Assembly: GCA_030603495.1 (NCBI GenBank)
Contig: JAUVXR010000010.1
Coordinates: 5,499 to 69,498 of the forward strand
DNA length: 64,000 bases
Direction: 5' to 3'
Source of the DNA: a bacterium
GTDB taxonomy: Bacteria > Armatimonadota > Zipacnadia > Zipacnadales > Zipacnadaceae
Numbering within the stretch: the first letter of the stretch is position 1; each line of letters starts with the position of its first letter. Shown here piece by piece: positions 32,154 through 41,894 of this stretch. A program made the translations under genes and the position numbers. A model generated the notes under the pieces. That model did not search any database, was not told where the DNA came from, and worked only from the letters and a program-made list of their open reading frames with translations.

Positions 32154-33545
32154 CTACTCGCTCCTCATCAGCCACGGCACTATACGCTCTTTGAGCTGGA
32201 GACGGTATGCTGCATTCGACAGCAGCGGCCCGGCATCCAGCGCCATCACCCGTCCGCGCTCGAACTCTACATACCCGGCCGCGAGCTGCCTTCCCCCTCT
32301 CACCGTGATAAGTGGCTGCACCGTCTCTCCGAGCAGCCGCACCCCCCACGGTATCTCTCCCAACTGCTCCAACGGCCCGCCCGCGACTTCCGCCGCCCCC
32401 CCCGACCGTCCCAACGAGCAGACCACACCGAACTGGATAAGCGGCTCGTTAATGTAGACGAGGCGAATCTGCCGGTCGGTATGCGCATGGGCCAAGGCCA
32501 GCAGGCTACCGCCAGAGGCCACGTACTGGTAGATCGCAGCGCACTCGGCGACGCCGTACTGCCGCCAGGAACCGAGCACGACTAGTTGCGGTCGGCTCTG
32601 CAGCGCCTCAACCAGAGGCTCCTGGGTGTCCCGCACTCTCAGCGCCTTGACGGGGAGCCCGCTTTGCTCTAAAGCTGCTGCTACTACCGCTGTAATCTCC
32701 GGCCAGTCGTCTTCGGTCGCCTGACAGTCGTAGAGTATAGCTCCCGCGAAATCCCGCTGCTCCAGCGGCAGATCGGTTTGGCCGGCAGGAAAGTCTATCC
32801 CTGATGGTACTTGGCCGCCGCCAGGCCGCGTAGTCGCCTGTAACTCCGACAGCCGACTGGACCATGCGACCGAGCGCGCCAGCAGGGTCAGACCACTCCG
32901 TTTTCCGGCAGGCTGGTCAATATCGGCCAGCACAAGCTGGGCAGGAATGACGATGATGCCGCCCTTTTCCACCACCACTCCCGCGCATACCACCCGACCG
33001 CTCTGCCGAGCGATGGGCACGATCCCGTTACCGGCCAGGCGCATGCGTAGGGAGCCGGGCTCGGGCAGCATCAACCCCATTGTCAACGGCGTACCAGAGG
33101 ATTCGATCGGCCCGGCGATTCCTGGATCGGGAGTGATCTCAAGCCCCAAGGGCTTCGTAAACGCGTTGGCCTGCTCGATGTGGCGCTGCGAACGGCCTAC
33201 AATCAAGACCATCCCACCCCCCGCACGGATGAACTCCCCCAGGCGTTCGCGCTGCTGCGGATCGCGCACGGTATCGTCGTCGGTTACCAGGCTGGTCGGC
33301 GGCGGCTCGGGCAGGGCACTACCAGCCAACTCAACGAGCTCAATGCCTCGACTTTCCAGCTCCGTGCCCAGATGCTGCGCGACGCCGCGCAGCCTGCCGG
33401 CGGAGGGCAGGTCAATCAGGATACTCTCTTGGGCGTCTGCCACGAGCGGCACGGCCAGGACCATCGCTGCGACTACCATCAGTGCCGACATTAGACAACT
33501 GCCGCTTAGGGCGCTTCTTCTCATCGCTGTCCTCCCTGACAACAC
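32154..33545 (-). CDS. Hypothetical secreted protein (GldG/DUF4350-like flavodoxin-fold sugar-binding lookalike; tentative)
   Basis: A signal peptide plus repeated 'GGxxVLIVG / GGSLLALAHA' class-I-GATase-like beta-alpha-beta segments. There is no catalytic signature. Confidence 0.5.
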   Translation of the reverse strand: MLSGRTAMRRSALSGSCLMSALMVVAAMVLAVPLVADAQESILIDLPSAGRLRGVAQHLGTELESRGIELVELAGSALPEPPPTSLVTDDDTVRDPQQRERLGEFIRAGGGMVLIVGRSQRHIEQANAFTKPLGLEITPDPGIAGPIESSGTPLTMGLMLPEPGSLRMRLAGNGIVPIARQSGRVVCAGVVVEKGGIIVIPAQLVLADIDQPAGKRSGLTLLARSVAWSSRLSELQATTRPGGGQVPSGIDFPAGQTDLPLEQRDFAGAILYDCQATEDDWPEITAVVAAALEQSGLPVKALRVRDTQEPLVEALQSRPQLVVLGSWRQYGVAECAAIYQYVASGGSLLALAHAHTDRQIRLVYINEPLIQFGVVCSLGRSGGAAEVAGGPLEQLGEIPWGVRLLGETVQPLITVRGGRQLAAGYVEFERGRVMALDAGPLLSNAAYRLQLKERIVPWLMRSE

Positions 33546-33819
33546 CCCAGGTTATCCGCCCTTCCCCACCCTATTTTCACCAAATGATGTTGCATTCCTC
33601 CTAAGACTACCCTATCCCTAGCAAAAACGGGCCAGAGAAGAATGCCTGCAACGGACCGACCGCCGAAGCCCGAGCACCGGGCCATCATCGGCCTAATTGA
33701 CACCGAGGACGACTACCGCTGGGACCAGGTCTGGTTCGACTCGGTCCACGAGGGCAGCCGGTAGATCTACGTGGTTGACGTGGGGGAGTTAGTGGAGAGT
33801 CAACGGCAACAGCTTCGCG

Positions 33820-33885
33820 GGGAAACCCCTTTCTGGAGAAAGCGGCTTTCCCCGCACCCCTTCCGCAAAGACTTTTGAGAAGAGG
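33820..33885. repeat. Dispersed structured intergenic repeat, copy 3 (compensatory stem changes)
   Basis: 'cgcggggaaaccccctttctggagaaagcggctttccccgcaccccttccgcaaagacttttga'. Confidence 0.55.
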
Positions 33886-33923
33886 ATGGTGTAAGCGGCA
33901 AGCAGGACACGCGGGGGCAAGTC

Positions 33924-35636
33924 CTACAGCACCAGGTTCAGCAGCCCGCCGACGGTGAGGGCGACTGTGGTCATTAGCAGGGCGGCCTTGGCCATGCGGC
34001 GCAGGCCAAACTCACGCACCAGAACCGCAAAGGTGGCCGCACAGGGGAAATAGATCGTCAGTACTGTACAGGCAATAATGAGCTGCTTGAGGCTGAGTCC
34101 CAAAGGTGCGAGCATACCGATGGCGACGTCCTTGCGCAGAAAGCCAATCAGCAACGCTGCAATCGCCTCCTCCGGCAGACCCCAAAGACGGGTGACAACC
34201 GGAGAAACGACATTGCCTAAGAACTGTATCACATTCAGTAAGCACAAGATGTTGACGATGAAAACGCCCAGCAAGACGTAGGGAACCGCCTCGCTGATGA
34301 ACTGCCGAGTGCGCAGCCAGACCTTCTGAGCGACAGCCTTAGCATACGGGATGCGATACGGCGGTATCTCGACAAAGATCTCGGGGGCCTCGCCGGGCAG
34401 CACACGCCTAAATATCAGGGCAAGGGCCACCCACAGCACGGCCAGGGTGCCGAACACGGCGAAAAGACCCATCGTGAAGTTATCTGACTGGCCCATCAGC
34501 CCTACTACCATCGCGATCTGCGCCATACAGGGGACACAGATAGCCATAAGCGTCGCGGCAATGAAGCGCTCGCGGCGCGTTTCCAGAATACGCGTGCTCA
34601 GCGCCCCGGGCACGTTGCAACCCAGCCCCAGCATCATCGGGATCACGGTCAGCCCGTGCAGGCCCATACGGTGCATTATCGTGTCCACCAGCACCCCCAG
34701 CCGCGGCAGGTAGCCGACATCCTCGATGAGACCCAGTACCAGGTAGAAGGCGAAGATGTAGGGCAATACCATGCCAATAGGCACGAACAAACCGGTAGTC
34801 AACATACCCAGGGATTCAACGAAATCAATCTGGCCATCCACGAGGCTGCCGATGAGCAGTTCGTGCCAGAAGGTGCCAGGGCCAAGCAGTGCCGACAGAC
34901 TAGCCATCAATGGTCGCCACAGATTCTCAAACAGCGGCTCAAACAGGTAGCCAATAAGGCCCTCGCCGATCAGTCTGATGAGCGCAAACGCCAGGAATCC
35001 AAAGACTACCGCAAGCGGGATGCCTGTCCAGGGCTTCAGCGAGATGTCGGCGAGGCTCTCCAGGACTGTATGGTGACGGTGCTCGACAACCTGGACTTGC
35101 TCAACGATTTCCCCGATCTGGCTCCAGCGCTCGTCCGGTTCATAGCTGCGGGTCCCCGCCGCGGCTTGCTCCAGGCGCCCAACGAGCTCATTGATGCCGC
35201 GGCCGCTGGGGGCCACGGTGGAAACGACCGGCACACCCAGGAGCTCTTCGAGCTTGGCCACGTCAATGCGGATGCCCTTGTGCTCCGCCGCGTCCCACAT
35301 ATTCAGGGCGACGACCATCGGCTTACCCGAGCTGAGCAGTTGGAGGGTGAGATTCAGGTTGCGCTCGAGGTTGGTGGCGTCTACGATGTTGACAACCACA
35401 TCGCCTGCAGCGAGCATATCAGTGGCCACTTGCTCGGCAGGAGTAGTGGGATCAAGGCTATAAGTGCCGGGAACGTCAATGACCTCGGCGCGAGTACTGT
35501 CCAACTTCATGCGGCCATTGGTGAACTCGACGGTAGTGCCGGGGTAGTTGGAGACGATGACGTCGGTGCCGGTGAGACGGGAGAAGACTACGCTCTTGCC
35601 GACGTTGGGATTGCCCATCAACAGAATCTGCTTCAC
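33924..35636 (-). CDS. feoB: Ferrous iron transport protein B
   Basis: An N-terminal G-domain ('LMGNPNVGKSVVFSRLTG', 'DVPGTYSL'), then a polytopic membrane domain. 570 aa. Confidence 0.9.
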   Translation of the reverse strand: MKQILLMGNPNVGKSVVFSRLTGTDVIVSNYPGTTVEFTNGRMKLDSTRAEVIDVPGTYSLDPTTPAEQVATDMLAAGDVVVNIVDATNLERNLNLTLQLLSSGKPMVVALNMWDAAEHKGIRIDVAKLEELLGVPVVSTVAPSGRGINELVGRLEQAAAGTRSYEPDERWSQIGEIVEQVQVVEHRHHTVLESLADISLKPWTGIPLAVVFGFLAFALIRLIGEGLIGYLFEPLFENLWRPLMASLSALLGPGTFWHELLIGSLVDGQIDFVESLGMLTTGLFVPIGMVLPYIFAFYLVLGLIEDVGYLPRLGVLVDTIMHRMGLHGLTVIPMMLGLGCNVPGALSTRILETRRERFIAATLMAICVPCMAQIAMVVGLMGQSDNFTMGLFAVFGTLAVLWVALALIFRRVLPGEAPEIFVEIPPYRIPYAKAVAQKVWLRTRQFISEAVPYVLLGVFIVNILCLLNVIQFLGNVVSPVVTRLWGLPEEAIAALLIGFLRKDVAIGMLAPLGLSLKQLIIACTVLTIYFPCAATFAVLVREFGLRRMAKAALLMTTVALTVGGLLNLVL

Positions 35637-35860
35637 CCGGGCACCTCGACCATGATCCGACGGGCAAGCCCAAAGCCGAGCGCAACTTCGGTATTGCCTA
35701 CCTGAACGCTAACTGGTCCCCGGAACGGCTGACTGGTTGTCTTGGTGATCGGCACTCCCGGCCGGATGCCCATAGCCTGCATCCGTCGGACCATCCCCCA
35801 GCCGCCGTCCAATGAGGCAACAATCCCGGATTGTCCGGGCGCCATTTCTGTCAACGATAC
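35633..35860 (-). CDS. feoA: Ferrous iron transport protein A (start uncertain; the FeoA domain begins around '...SLTEMAPGQSGIVASL')
   Basis: An SH3-like FeoA domain ('PGQSGIVASLDGG...RRMQAMGIRPGVPI...VQVGNTEVALGFGLARRIMV'). It has a 4-nt overlap with feoB. Confidence 0.65.
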   Translation of the reverse strand, partial: VSLTEMAPGQSGIVASLDGGWGMVRRMQAMGIRPGVPITKTTSQPFRGPVSVQVGNTEVALGFGLARRIMVEVPG

Positions 35861-35918
35861 AATCAAGTTACTTCCTCCCGAGCTAATCGGTGCCACCGCA
35901 CTTGTTACTACCAGCGCG

Positions 35919-36389
35919 TCAGCAGCCCGATAGATTCTGCTGGTTTCGGTCAACTTCCTTCTGGCATTGTTCACACAACCCGGTTATCTCCAGCCCGTGT
36001 TGGTAATGACGAAAATGGTGCTCGCGGCATACGCCGATAATTGCTCCTTCTATCGCCGGACAGACAAACTCGACTACCCGACCGCACTTGTGGCAGATAA
36101 GGTGCTCGTGATGCGCGCGATCACGTACCAGCTCGTAATGGCTGTGGTCGCAGCCGTGTTCGACCTCACGCAGTACCCCCACCTCAACCAGCGCAGGGAT
36201 CAGTCGGTATATGGTCGCGCGGGAGGGTTTTGCATCCTTGTGCTGCAAAGCGAGGAACAAGTCATCAGCGCTGAAGTGGCCGGGCATGGCCAGCACTTGG
36301 CGTACAACGGCCCGCCGCTGCGGCGTAATCCGCAGTTCCAGGTACTGCAGGAGGTCGAATATTTCGGCTTCCAGTTCTTGGTTATCCAT
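35919..36389 (-). CDS. fur: Fur-family transcriptional regulator (start at 'MDNQELEAEIF')
   Basis: A winged-helix DNA-binding domain ('ITPQRRAVVRQVL...HFSADDLF...ATIYRLIPALVEVGVLREVE') and a metal-site 'HHEHLICHKCGRVVEF' C-terminus. It sits upstream of feoAB. Confidence 0.8.
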   Translation of the reverse strand: MDNQELEAEIFDLLQYLELRITPQRRAVVRQVLAMPGHFSADDLFLALQHKDAKPSRATIYRLIPALVEVGVLREVEHGCDHSHYELVRDRAHHEHLICHKCGRVVEFVCPAIEGAIIGVCREHHFRHYQHGLEITGLCEQCQKEVDRNQQNLSGC

Positions 36390-36605
36390 AGCTAAGTGAG
36401 ATTGAGACTCAGTCGCGCCCGTCAATCAGTATACTTATTATACACACCTGTGTCAAGACCTATTGCCAGATTTCTTAGAGATTTTTCCCAGTACGCTAAC
36501 GCAGCCCACTCCCTTTATCAGCCTCGAACTTGACGAAATCTGCATTTTGCAATACGCTTTATAGCCGTAGAGGGCGATTGACACCAACATTGGCGCGGGA
36601 GACGA

Positions 36606-37472
36606 ATGATGGAAGACCTGCAGAAACGTGCGGATACCCTGATCGAAGCTCTCCCCTATATCCAACAGTGGGCGGGTAAGAGCATCGTGGTCAAATACGG
36701 CGGGGCAGCGATGACTGACCCCGAGATGCAGCGCAGCGTCGCCCAGGACGTGGTCCTGCTACGCTACGTGGGCATCGAGGTGGTTGTCGTCCACGGCGGC
36801 GGGAACCGGATCACTGAAATGATGGACCGCCTGGACATTGAGTCCAAATTTGTGGGCGGCCTGCGCGTCACCGATGCCGAGACTATGCAGATCGCGCAGA
36901 TGGTCCTTGTCGGTGAGGTCAATCCGCAGCTCGTCTCCCTGATTAACGCTGCCGGCGGGCGCACTGTCGGGCTGTCGGGCAAGGATGCCAACACTATCCT
37001 GTGCTGCAAGAAGGAAAGCACCCAGGGGGACCTGGGCTTTGTCGGCGAGATAGTCGAGATTGATACCGAAGTTCTCCATGCGCTGACCGAGGCGGGCTAC
37101 ATTCCGGTGCTCTCCTCGATCGGCACGGATACTGACGGCCAGAGCTACAATATCAATGCCGACACCGTCGCGGGGGAGCTGGCGGCGGCACTGCCAGCGT
37201 GTAAGCTGGTCACACTCAGCGATGTGCCCGGCTTGCTGGCTGACCCAGCCGACCCAGATACGCTGATCAGTGAGCTGACCGCCAGCGAGGCGGAGGCGCG
37301 GCTGGCTGAGAGCAATGTCAACGAGGGGATGATCCCCAAGCTGGAGAGCTGTATCCGGGCGGTGCGCAGCGGCGTGGACTACGCGCACCTCATTGACGGC
37401 CGCATCCCCCATGCGCTGTTGATGGAGCTGTTCACCGACGCGGGCATCGGCACGATGATCAATTCGGGATAG
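36606..37472 (+). CDS. argB: Acetylglutamate kinase
   Basis: 'IVVKYGGAAM' and 'VVVHGGG' amino-acid-kinase motifs, 288 aa. Confidence 0.9.
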   Translation: MMEDLQKRADTLIEALPYIQQWAGKSIVVKYGGAAMTDPEMQRSVAQDVVLLRYVGIEVVVVHGGGNRITEMMDRLDIESKFVGGLRVTDAETMQIAQMVLVGEVNPQLVSLINAAGGRTVGLSGKDANTILCCKKESTQGDLGFVGEIVEIDTEVLHALTEAGYIPVLSSIGTDTDGQSYNINADTVAGELAAALPACKLVTLSDVPGLLADPADPDTLISELTASEAEARLAESNVNEGMIPKLESCIRAVRSGVDYAHLIDGRIPHALLMELFTDAGIGTMINSG

Positions 37473-37529
37473 CCCCGTCGTTAACACTGTGGGAGGGGGA
37501 CACCCTTCCACGATGCCAATAACGGTCTA

Positions 37530-38570
37530 CTACGGGCACGGGGGCTTGAGCGTCCTGCCCTGCTTGGCGGAGCGCTCGGCATATTCGATTACCGCAATGG
37601 CGCGGGCGGCCTGCTCGGGCTTGACGATCAGCTCGGCGCCCCGGGTCAAGTGGGCGGCGATGTTCTGGTAGTACTGCGGGCGCTGGCCCTCCTGGTACTT
37701 GACGTCCATCTCGGCGGGATAGCCCTTGACCCGGGTGTAGACGGTGAAACTGCCTCCGTTCCAGTCCTCAATTGCCCCCTTAGTTCCCAGAATTCGCCAG
37801 CGCGGCCGCGCAGCAAGGGCTACGTCGGACATCTGGATGTCGGCGACGCAGCCGTCATCGAACCGGACTAGCGCCTGGACCTGGTCCTCGTTGGTGACAT
37901 TCTTCCAGACCACGTCCTGGTGGAAGAAGCCCGTGACGCTCTCCAGCTTGGCGTCCGGCACTAGACCCAGGACCCAATCCATGTAGTGTGCACCCCAGTC
38001 GTAGAAGGCTCCACCAGATATCTTCTTGTCCGCCCGCCACCGCTTGCGCGGCTTTGACCAGCCGCCCATGTACGCCTCGATGTGAAATATCTGACCCAGC
38101 AATCCATCAGCAATAGCCTGCTTGATCGCCAGGTAGTCGCCGTCCCAGCGCCGGTTGTGGAAGATCGACAGCATCACCTCGTTTTCACGCGCAGCCTGGA
38201 TCATCTTTGTCGCCTCGTTGTAAGTGATACACATCGGCTTTTCCACAACGACGTGCTTGCCCGCTCTGCTGCACTGGATCGCCAGCTTAGCATGGGTGTT
38301 GTGCGGAGTGATAACCACGCACATATCCACCACGTCAGCGGCCAGCAGCTTGTCAAGCCGCGAGTAGGTCAGAATCTCGCCCCCGAAATCCTCCCGGGCT
38401 TCGCACAGACATTTGGGGTCAACATCACAAACCGCCACCACATTGAGTACCCCGGCCGGGTTCATCTGCTCGGTATGATGCCAGCCCATCTTGAACCCCC
38501 CGCCGTAACCAACTAGACCAACTCTGATATTATTGGGCTTAGCTTTCGGGCTCATTTGCATTCCCTCCAT
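37530..38570 (-). CDS. Gfo/Idh/MocA-family oxidoreductase
   Basis: 'IRVGLVGYGGGF' Rossmann motif and an 'EKP' motif. Confidence 0.8.
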   Translation of the reverse strand: MEGMQMSPKAKPNNIRVGLVGYGGGFKMGWHHTEQMNPAGVLNVVAVCDVDPKCLCEAREDFGGEILTYSRLDKLLAADVVDMCVVITPHNTHAKLAIQCSRAGKHVVVEKPMCITYNEATKMIQAARENEVMLSIFHNRRWDGDYLAIKQAIADGLLGQIFHIEAYMGGWSKPRKRWRADKKISGGAFYDWGAHYMDWVLGLVPDAKLESVTGFFHQDVVWKNVTNEDQVQALVRFDDGCVADIQMSDVALAARPRWRILGTKGAIEDWNGGSFTVYTRVKGYPAEMDVKYQEGQRPQYYQNIAAHLTRGAELIVKPEQAARAIAVIEYAERSAKQGRTLKPPCP

Positions 38571-38587
38571 TTAATATGACAGGCGAA

Positions 38588-38606
38588 ACGCCTGTTATAC
38601 TGAAAA
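38588..38606. repeat. Single REP-like hairpin variant 'gacaggcg-aaa-cgcctgt' between two Gfo/Idh/MocA genes
   Basis: The same stem sequence as the A hairpin, with a different loop. Confidence 0.4.
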
Positions 38607-38620
38607 GGCATCCTGTTCGG

Positions 38621-39742
38621 CTAACCGAAGTTCACCCACTCGCCGCTATCCGAGGACTGGTAGACCGCTTCAATGATCGCGACGGTCTTACGCCCCTCAT
38701 AACCGTCGCACTGCACCGGCTTGCCATCGCGGACTGCTGCGACCATGTCCTCAATGATGTTAGCGGGCAGGTCAGCGGGCGAGATGAAGTCATCGGGGTT
38801 AAGCTGGACCTCGTCAGGCTGCGCTGCTTGCTCGGGCCGCACGTACTCAGGGTCGTCGCCGGCGTCAATCTCCTGGACCGCCGCCGCTGTGAATATGGTG
38901 ATCTGCTGGTCTTTCCAGGCCATTGTACCCCTGGTCCCGGTGATTTCAATTGCTGAGCCCAGATCGGGGAAGCTGCATGTGGTGGTCAAGACCATAGCGT
39001 GCGCGCCCGAGGCGAACTCCAGCATGCTCAGGCTAGCGTCTTCGGTTTGGATATCATGGGCGTAAGTACCCTTATGACCGATGACTCGTGTCACTGGGCC
39101 CAGCCACCACTGCAGCAGATCCAGGTAGTGGACCGCCTGGTTGGCCAGGGAGCCACCTTCAGTCACTATCCGACTGCGCCAACCCGGCAGATGTCCGGAG
39201 TTGTAGTAATCCTGACCACGATACCACTTCATGCGCAGATCGCCAAAGATTACGTCGCCGATCGCTCCCGACTGGATGGCGCCACGAATCTGGTGGTTAA
39301 TCGGGTTGTACCGGCTCTCGAAGTCCACGGCCAGCACCAACCCCTGATCCTCCGCAGCCTGGATAGCGGCGTCGCAGGAATCCACCCGGATATCCATCGG
39401 CTTGGTCATACAGACGTGCTTACCCGCTTCCAGGGCCCGCACCGCGAAGGGGCAGTGCAGCCCGCTGGGCGTCCAGACGCCGATAACGTCAATGTCATCG
39501 CGTGCCAGCATCTCGTCATAGTCCTTGATCCATGGCACGCCCAGCGCCTCCGCCACGTCTCGACCGCGCTCCTCCCAGGTGTCACACACGGCTGCCAGTT
39601 GCGCACCGGGCGTCGTGGTACACTCCTCGGCCCGCGGGCGGCCCATACCCAAACCCACGATTCCAAAACGTACTACGTCTGACATAGCAATCCTCCTGCC
39701 GACACTATGTGTCTTAGTCTGCTCCGACATCGCCAGAGCCAC
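38621..39742 (-). CDS. Gfo/Idh/MocA-family oxidoreductase
   Basis: 'VRFGIVGLGMG' and 'TKPM' motifs, 373 aa. Confidence 0.8.
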   Translation of the reverse strand: MALAMSEQTKTHSVGRRIAMSDVVRFGIVGLGMGRPRAEECTTTPGAQLAAVCDTWEERGRDVAEALGVPWIKDYDEMLARDDIDVIGVWTPSGLHCPFAVRALEAGKHVCMTKPMDIRVDSCDAAIQAAEDQGLVLAVDFESRYNPINHQIRGAIQSGAIGDVIFGDLRMKWYRGQDYYNSGHLPGWRSRIVTEGGSLANQAVHYLDLLQWWLGPVTRVIGHKGTYAHDIQTEDASLSMLEFASGAHAMVLTTTCSFPDLGSAIEITGTRGTMAWKDQQITIFTAAAVQEIDAGDDPEYVRPEQAAQPDEVQLNPDDFISPADLPANIIEDMVAAVRDGKPVQCDGYEGRKTVAIIEAVYQSSDSGEWVNFG

Positions 39743-39778
39743 AGCCAGCCACGTTCGGCAACCATTGCCAAAAGTCCT

Positions 39779-41290
39779 CTATACACCGTAGAAATCCTTC
39801 AGCGCCGGTGGAACCAGCATATACCGCTCGTATAGCGGGGCGTAGGCTGCCGCATCTGCCGACGGTTCGTGCACGACCTCACCCATCTCCACACTGGCCA
39901 CCGCCTCGTCAATTGACGGAAAGACTCCCGCCCCGACAAGCGCAAACAGCGCCGCGCCCAGCACCGTGGCCTCCTGTTCGGAGGTAGTCACCACAGGCAG
40001 GCCGGTGACGTCGGCGCGGATCTGGTTCCATAGTTGGTTGCGTGCGCCGCCCCCGACCACGCGAATGCCCTCGGCGCTGAATCCAGTAGCCTTCTGGAGT
40101 ATCTCCAGTGCGGCGTACATCTGGAAGCTAAGGCCCTCCAAGGCGCTGCGGTAGATCTCGGCCGGAGTGGCGTTCATGGTCAGGCCCAGTATCGAGCCCC
40201 CAGTAGCGTACTGTTTGGCCGGTCCGGTATCGGACACGAAGGCAGGGACTAAGGTTATGCCGCCTGCTCCGGCGGGGATCTTGCGCGCCATCTCAATCAT
40301 AAGCTCGTAGGTCTGCGTACGGTCCTCCTCCCCCGCGAAGAACTGCTCGCGGATCCACTCGAGTACGCCGCTGCCCATCATCAGCAGTTGCGGGTTCCAC
40401 AAGCCAGGCAGCGCATCGCACTCAAACATCAAACCCTCGTTGAACCCGAACTCATTTGGGCTGAAGCTGTCCACTCGCAGCAAGAGAATCTCCCAGGTGC
40501 CGCTGCTCAGCAGCGCCTCACCCGGCTGCACGCCTGAGCCGTACGGCGCGAACTGGGTATCGTGCCCGGTTGCCACCACCGGCGTACCCTGGGGTAGCCC
40601 GGTCTCCTGCGCCGCCTGGGTGTGCACCTGGCCGATCACCCCCCCGGGTTCGACCCAGTCCGGGAAGAAAGATGCGTCCAGGTCGGCCAGCGCCAGCATC
40701 CGGGGCGACCAGTCGCGGCAGGCCATATCCATCGCCATCATCGTTCCGGCGGCAGTTGGGTCAATGGATAGCTCGCCACACAGCTTCATACTCAGCACAC
40801 CCGGCATCATCAGCCAGCAGTCCGCTGACGCGAGCGCCTCCGGGGCATTCTGCTGCAACCACATCAGGCGCAGGAGCGAGTTGAAATAGATGATCTGGTA
40901 ACCGGTCTCGGTAAAGATATCCCACGGGTCCATCAGCTCGGTGATATCGGCGGTGAGCTGCTGGGCACGCGCACCCTGCCAGGAGATTATCGGATAGGTC
41001 AGCGTCCCGTCGGCCCTGACCGGTGCACCGTCTGCGCCGAAGGTGGTAACCGTCACCGCAGCGATGCGAGCGGTGTCAATCTGCTCGCAGACTCTATGGC
41101 AGGCGTCGGCCAGCTTTCCGTACACTTCATCCAAGTCCCAGATGCGCCAGCTCTCGTCCGACGCTCCGGGCTGCGACATGGCCGCGTTGGGCTGACTGGC
41201 TGAGGCGAGCATCTGGCCGTCACTGTCAACGGCAATCACGCGCACGTTGGTAGCACCACAGTCAAAAACAATAGCCACGTCACCGGGCAT
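39779..41290 (-). CDS. FGGY-family carbohydrate kinase (rhamnulokinase/xylulokinase-like)
   Basis: The N-terminal 'VAIVFDCGATNVRVIAVD' actin-fold ATPase motif and the C-terminal 'VVGGGARNQLWNQIRADVTGLPV' FGGY signature. Confidence 0.8.
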   Translation of the reverse strand: MPGDVAIVFDCGATNVRVIAVDSDGQMLASASQPNAAMSQPGASDESWRIWDLDEVYGKLADACHRVCEQIDTARIAAVTVTTFGADGAPVRADGTLTYPIISWQGARAQQLTADITELMDPWDIFTETGYQIIYFNSLLRLMWLQQNAPEALASADCWLMMPGVLSMKLCGELSIDPTAAGTMMAMDMACRDWSPRMLALADLDASFFPDWVEPGGVIGQVHTQAAQETGLPQGTPVVATGHDTQFAPYGSGVQPGEALLSSGTWEILLLRVDSFSPNEFGFNEGLMFECDALPGLWNPQLLMMGSGVLEWIREQFFAGEEDRTQTYELMIEMARKIPAGAGGITLVPAFVSDTGPAKQYATGGSILGLTMNATPAEIYRSALEGLSFQMYAALEILQKATGFSAEGIRVVGGGARNQLWNQIRADVTGLPVVTTSEQEATVLGAALFALVGAGVFPSIDEAVASVEMGEVVHEPSADAAAYAPLYERYMLVPPALKDFYGV

Positions 41291-41489
41291 AGCTTGGCCC
41301 TCCCGTCTCTGCTTGTTGCACTGCTCACTGCCCAGCCACTATTCCGCGGGCGCCGAGCTATTCCCTTCCTTGCTAACCCCAGCGAAATGCGGTACGATAC
41401 CTACACTCAGACAAAGGAGGATTCTTCGAGCCGACGGCGAACGTGACAATTGATGTCGCCTGGGCAGCGCCAAGCGAGCATGAGGGGGC

Positions 41490-41894
41490 ATGGCTCGTAT
41501 GGACGAGCGGGTCGCACAATTCATCCGGGACGCGGCTCAGACCATTATCGGTCTGGACCTGGCGCTGTACCTGCAGGCCAACCCCAACACCTTCGACACC
41601 GCTGCCGGCTTGGCCCTGCGCCTGCGCTACCCGGTGGAAGACATCGAGCCCGCCGCCGAGCAGTTAGCCAAGCACGGGATTCTGCGCAAGGTCAGCTCGC
41701 CGAGCCAAAGCTACCACTGCTACACGCTGCAGCGCACGGCCGAGGTATGGCACCTACTCTGCCTGGTCAGCGAATCGTACATTGATAACCCCGAAACCCG
41801 TATGCAGATTGTCAAGATGCTTATCCGCCAGCGCCAGCGCCACCGCGACCAAACGAGCACCGCCACCAATCAGACTGCCCCCGCCGACGACTAG
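41490..41894 (+). CDS. Hypothetical small protein (134 aa)
   Basis: An isolated plus-strand ORF with a good RBS (gaggggg). I recognise no domain. Confidence 0.45.
   Translation: MARMDERVAQFIRDAAQTIIGLDLALYLQANPNTFDTAAGLALRLRYPVEDIEPAAEQLAKHGILRKVSSPSQSYHCYTLQRTAEVWHLLCLVSESYIDNPETRMQIVKMLIRQRQRHRDQTSTATNQTAPADD

Noticed and set aside
33643-33765. 40-aa plus-strand ORF 'MPATDRPPKPEHRAIIGLIDTEDDYRWDQVWFDSVHEGSR' in the feoB-downstream spacer
   Set aside because: It lacks a convincing RBS, has no paralog or motif, and overlaps a 60-aa minus ORF. There is insufficient evidence for a gene.
36759-37511. 250-aa minus-strand ORF
   Set aside because: Antisense to argB; GC-rich shadow ORF. The same applies to the 63249-63782 ORF antisense to glgC, and to the many plus-strand ORFs over rpoC (34-2924).
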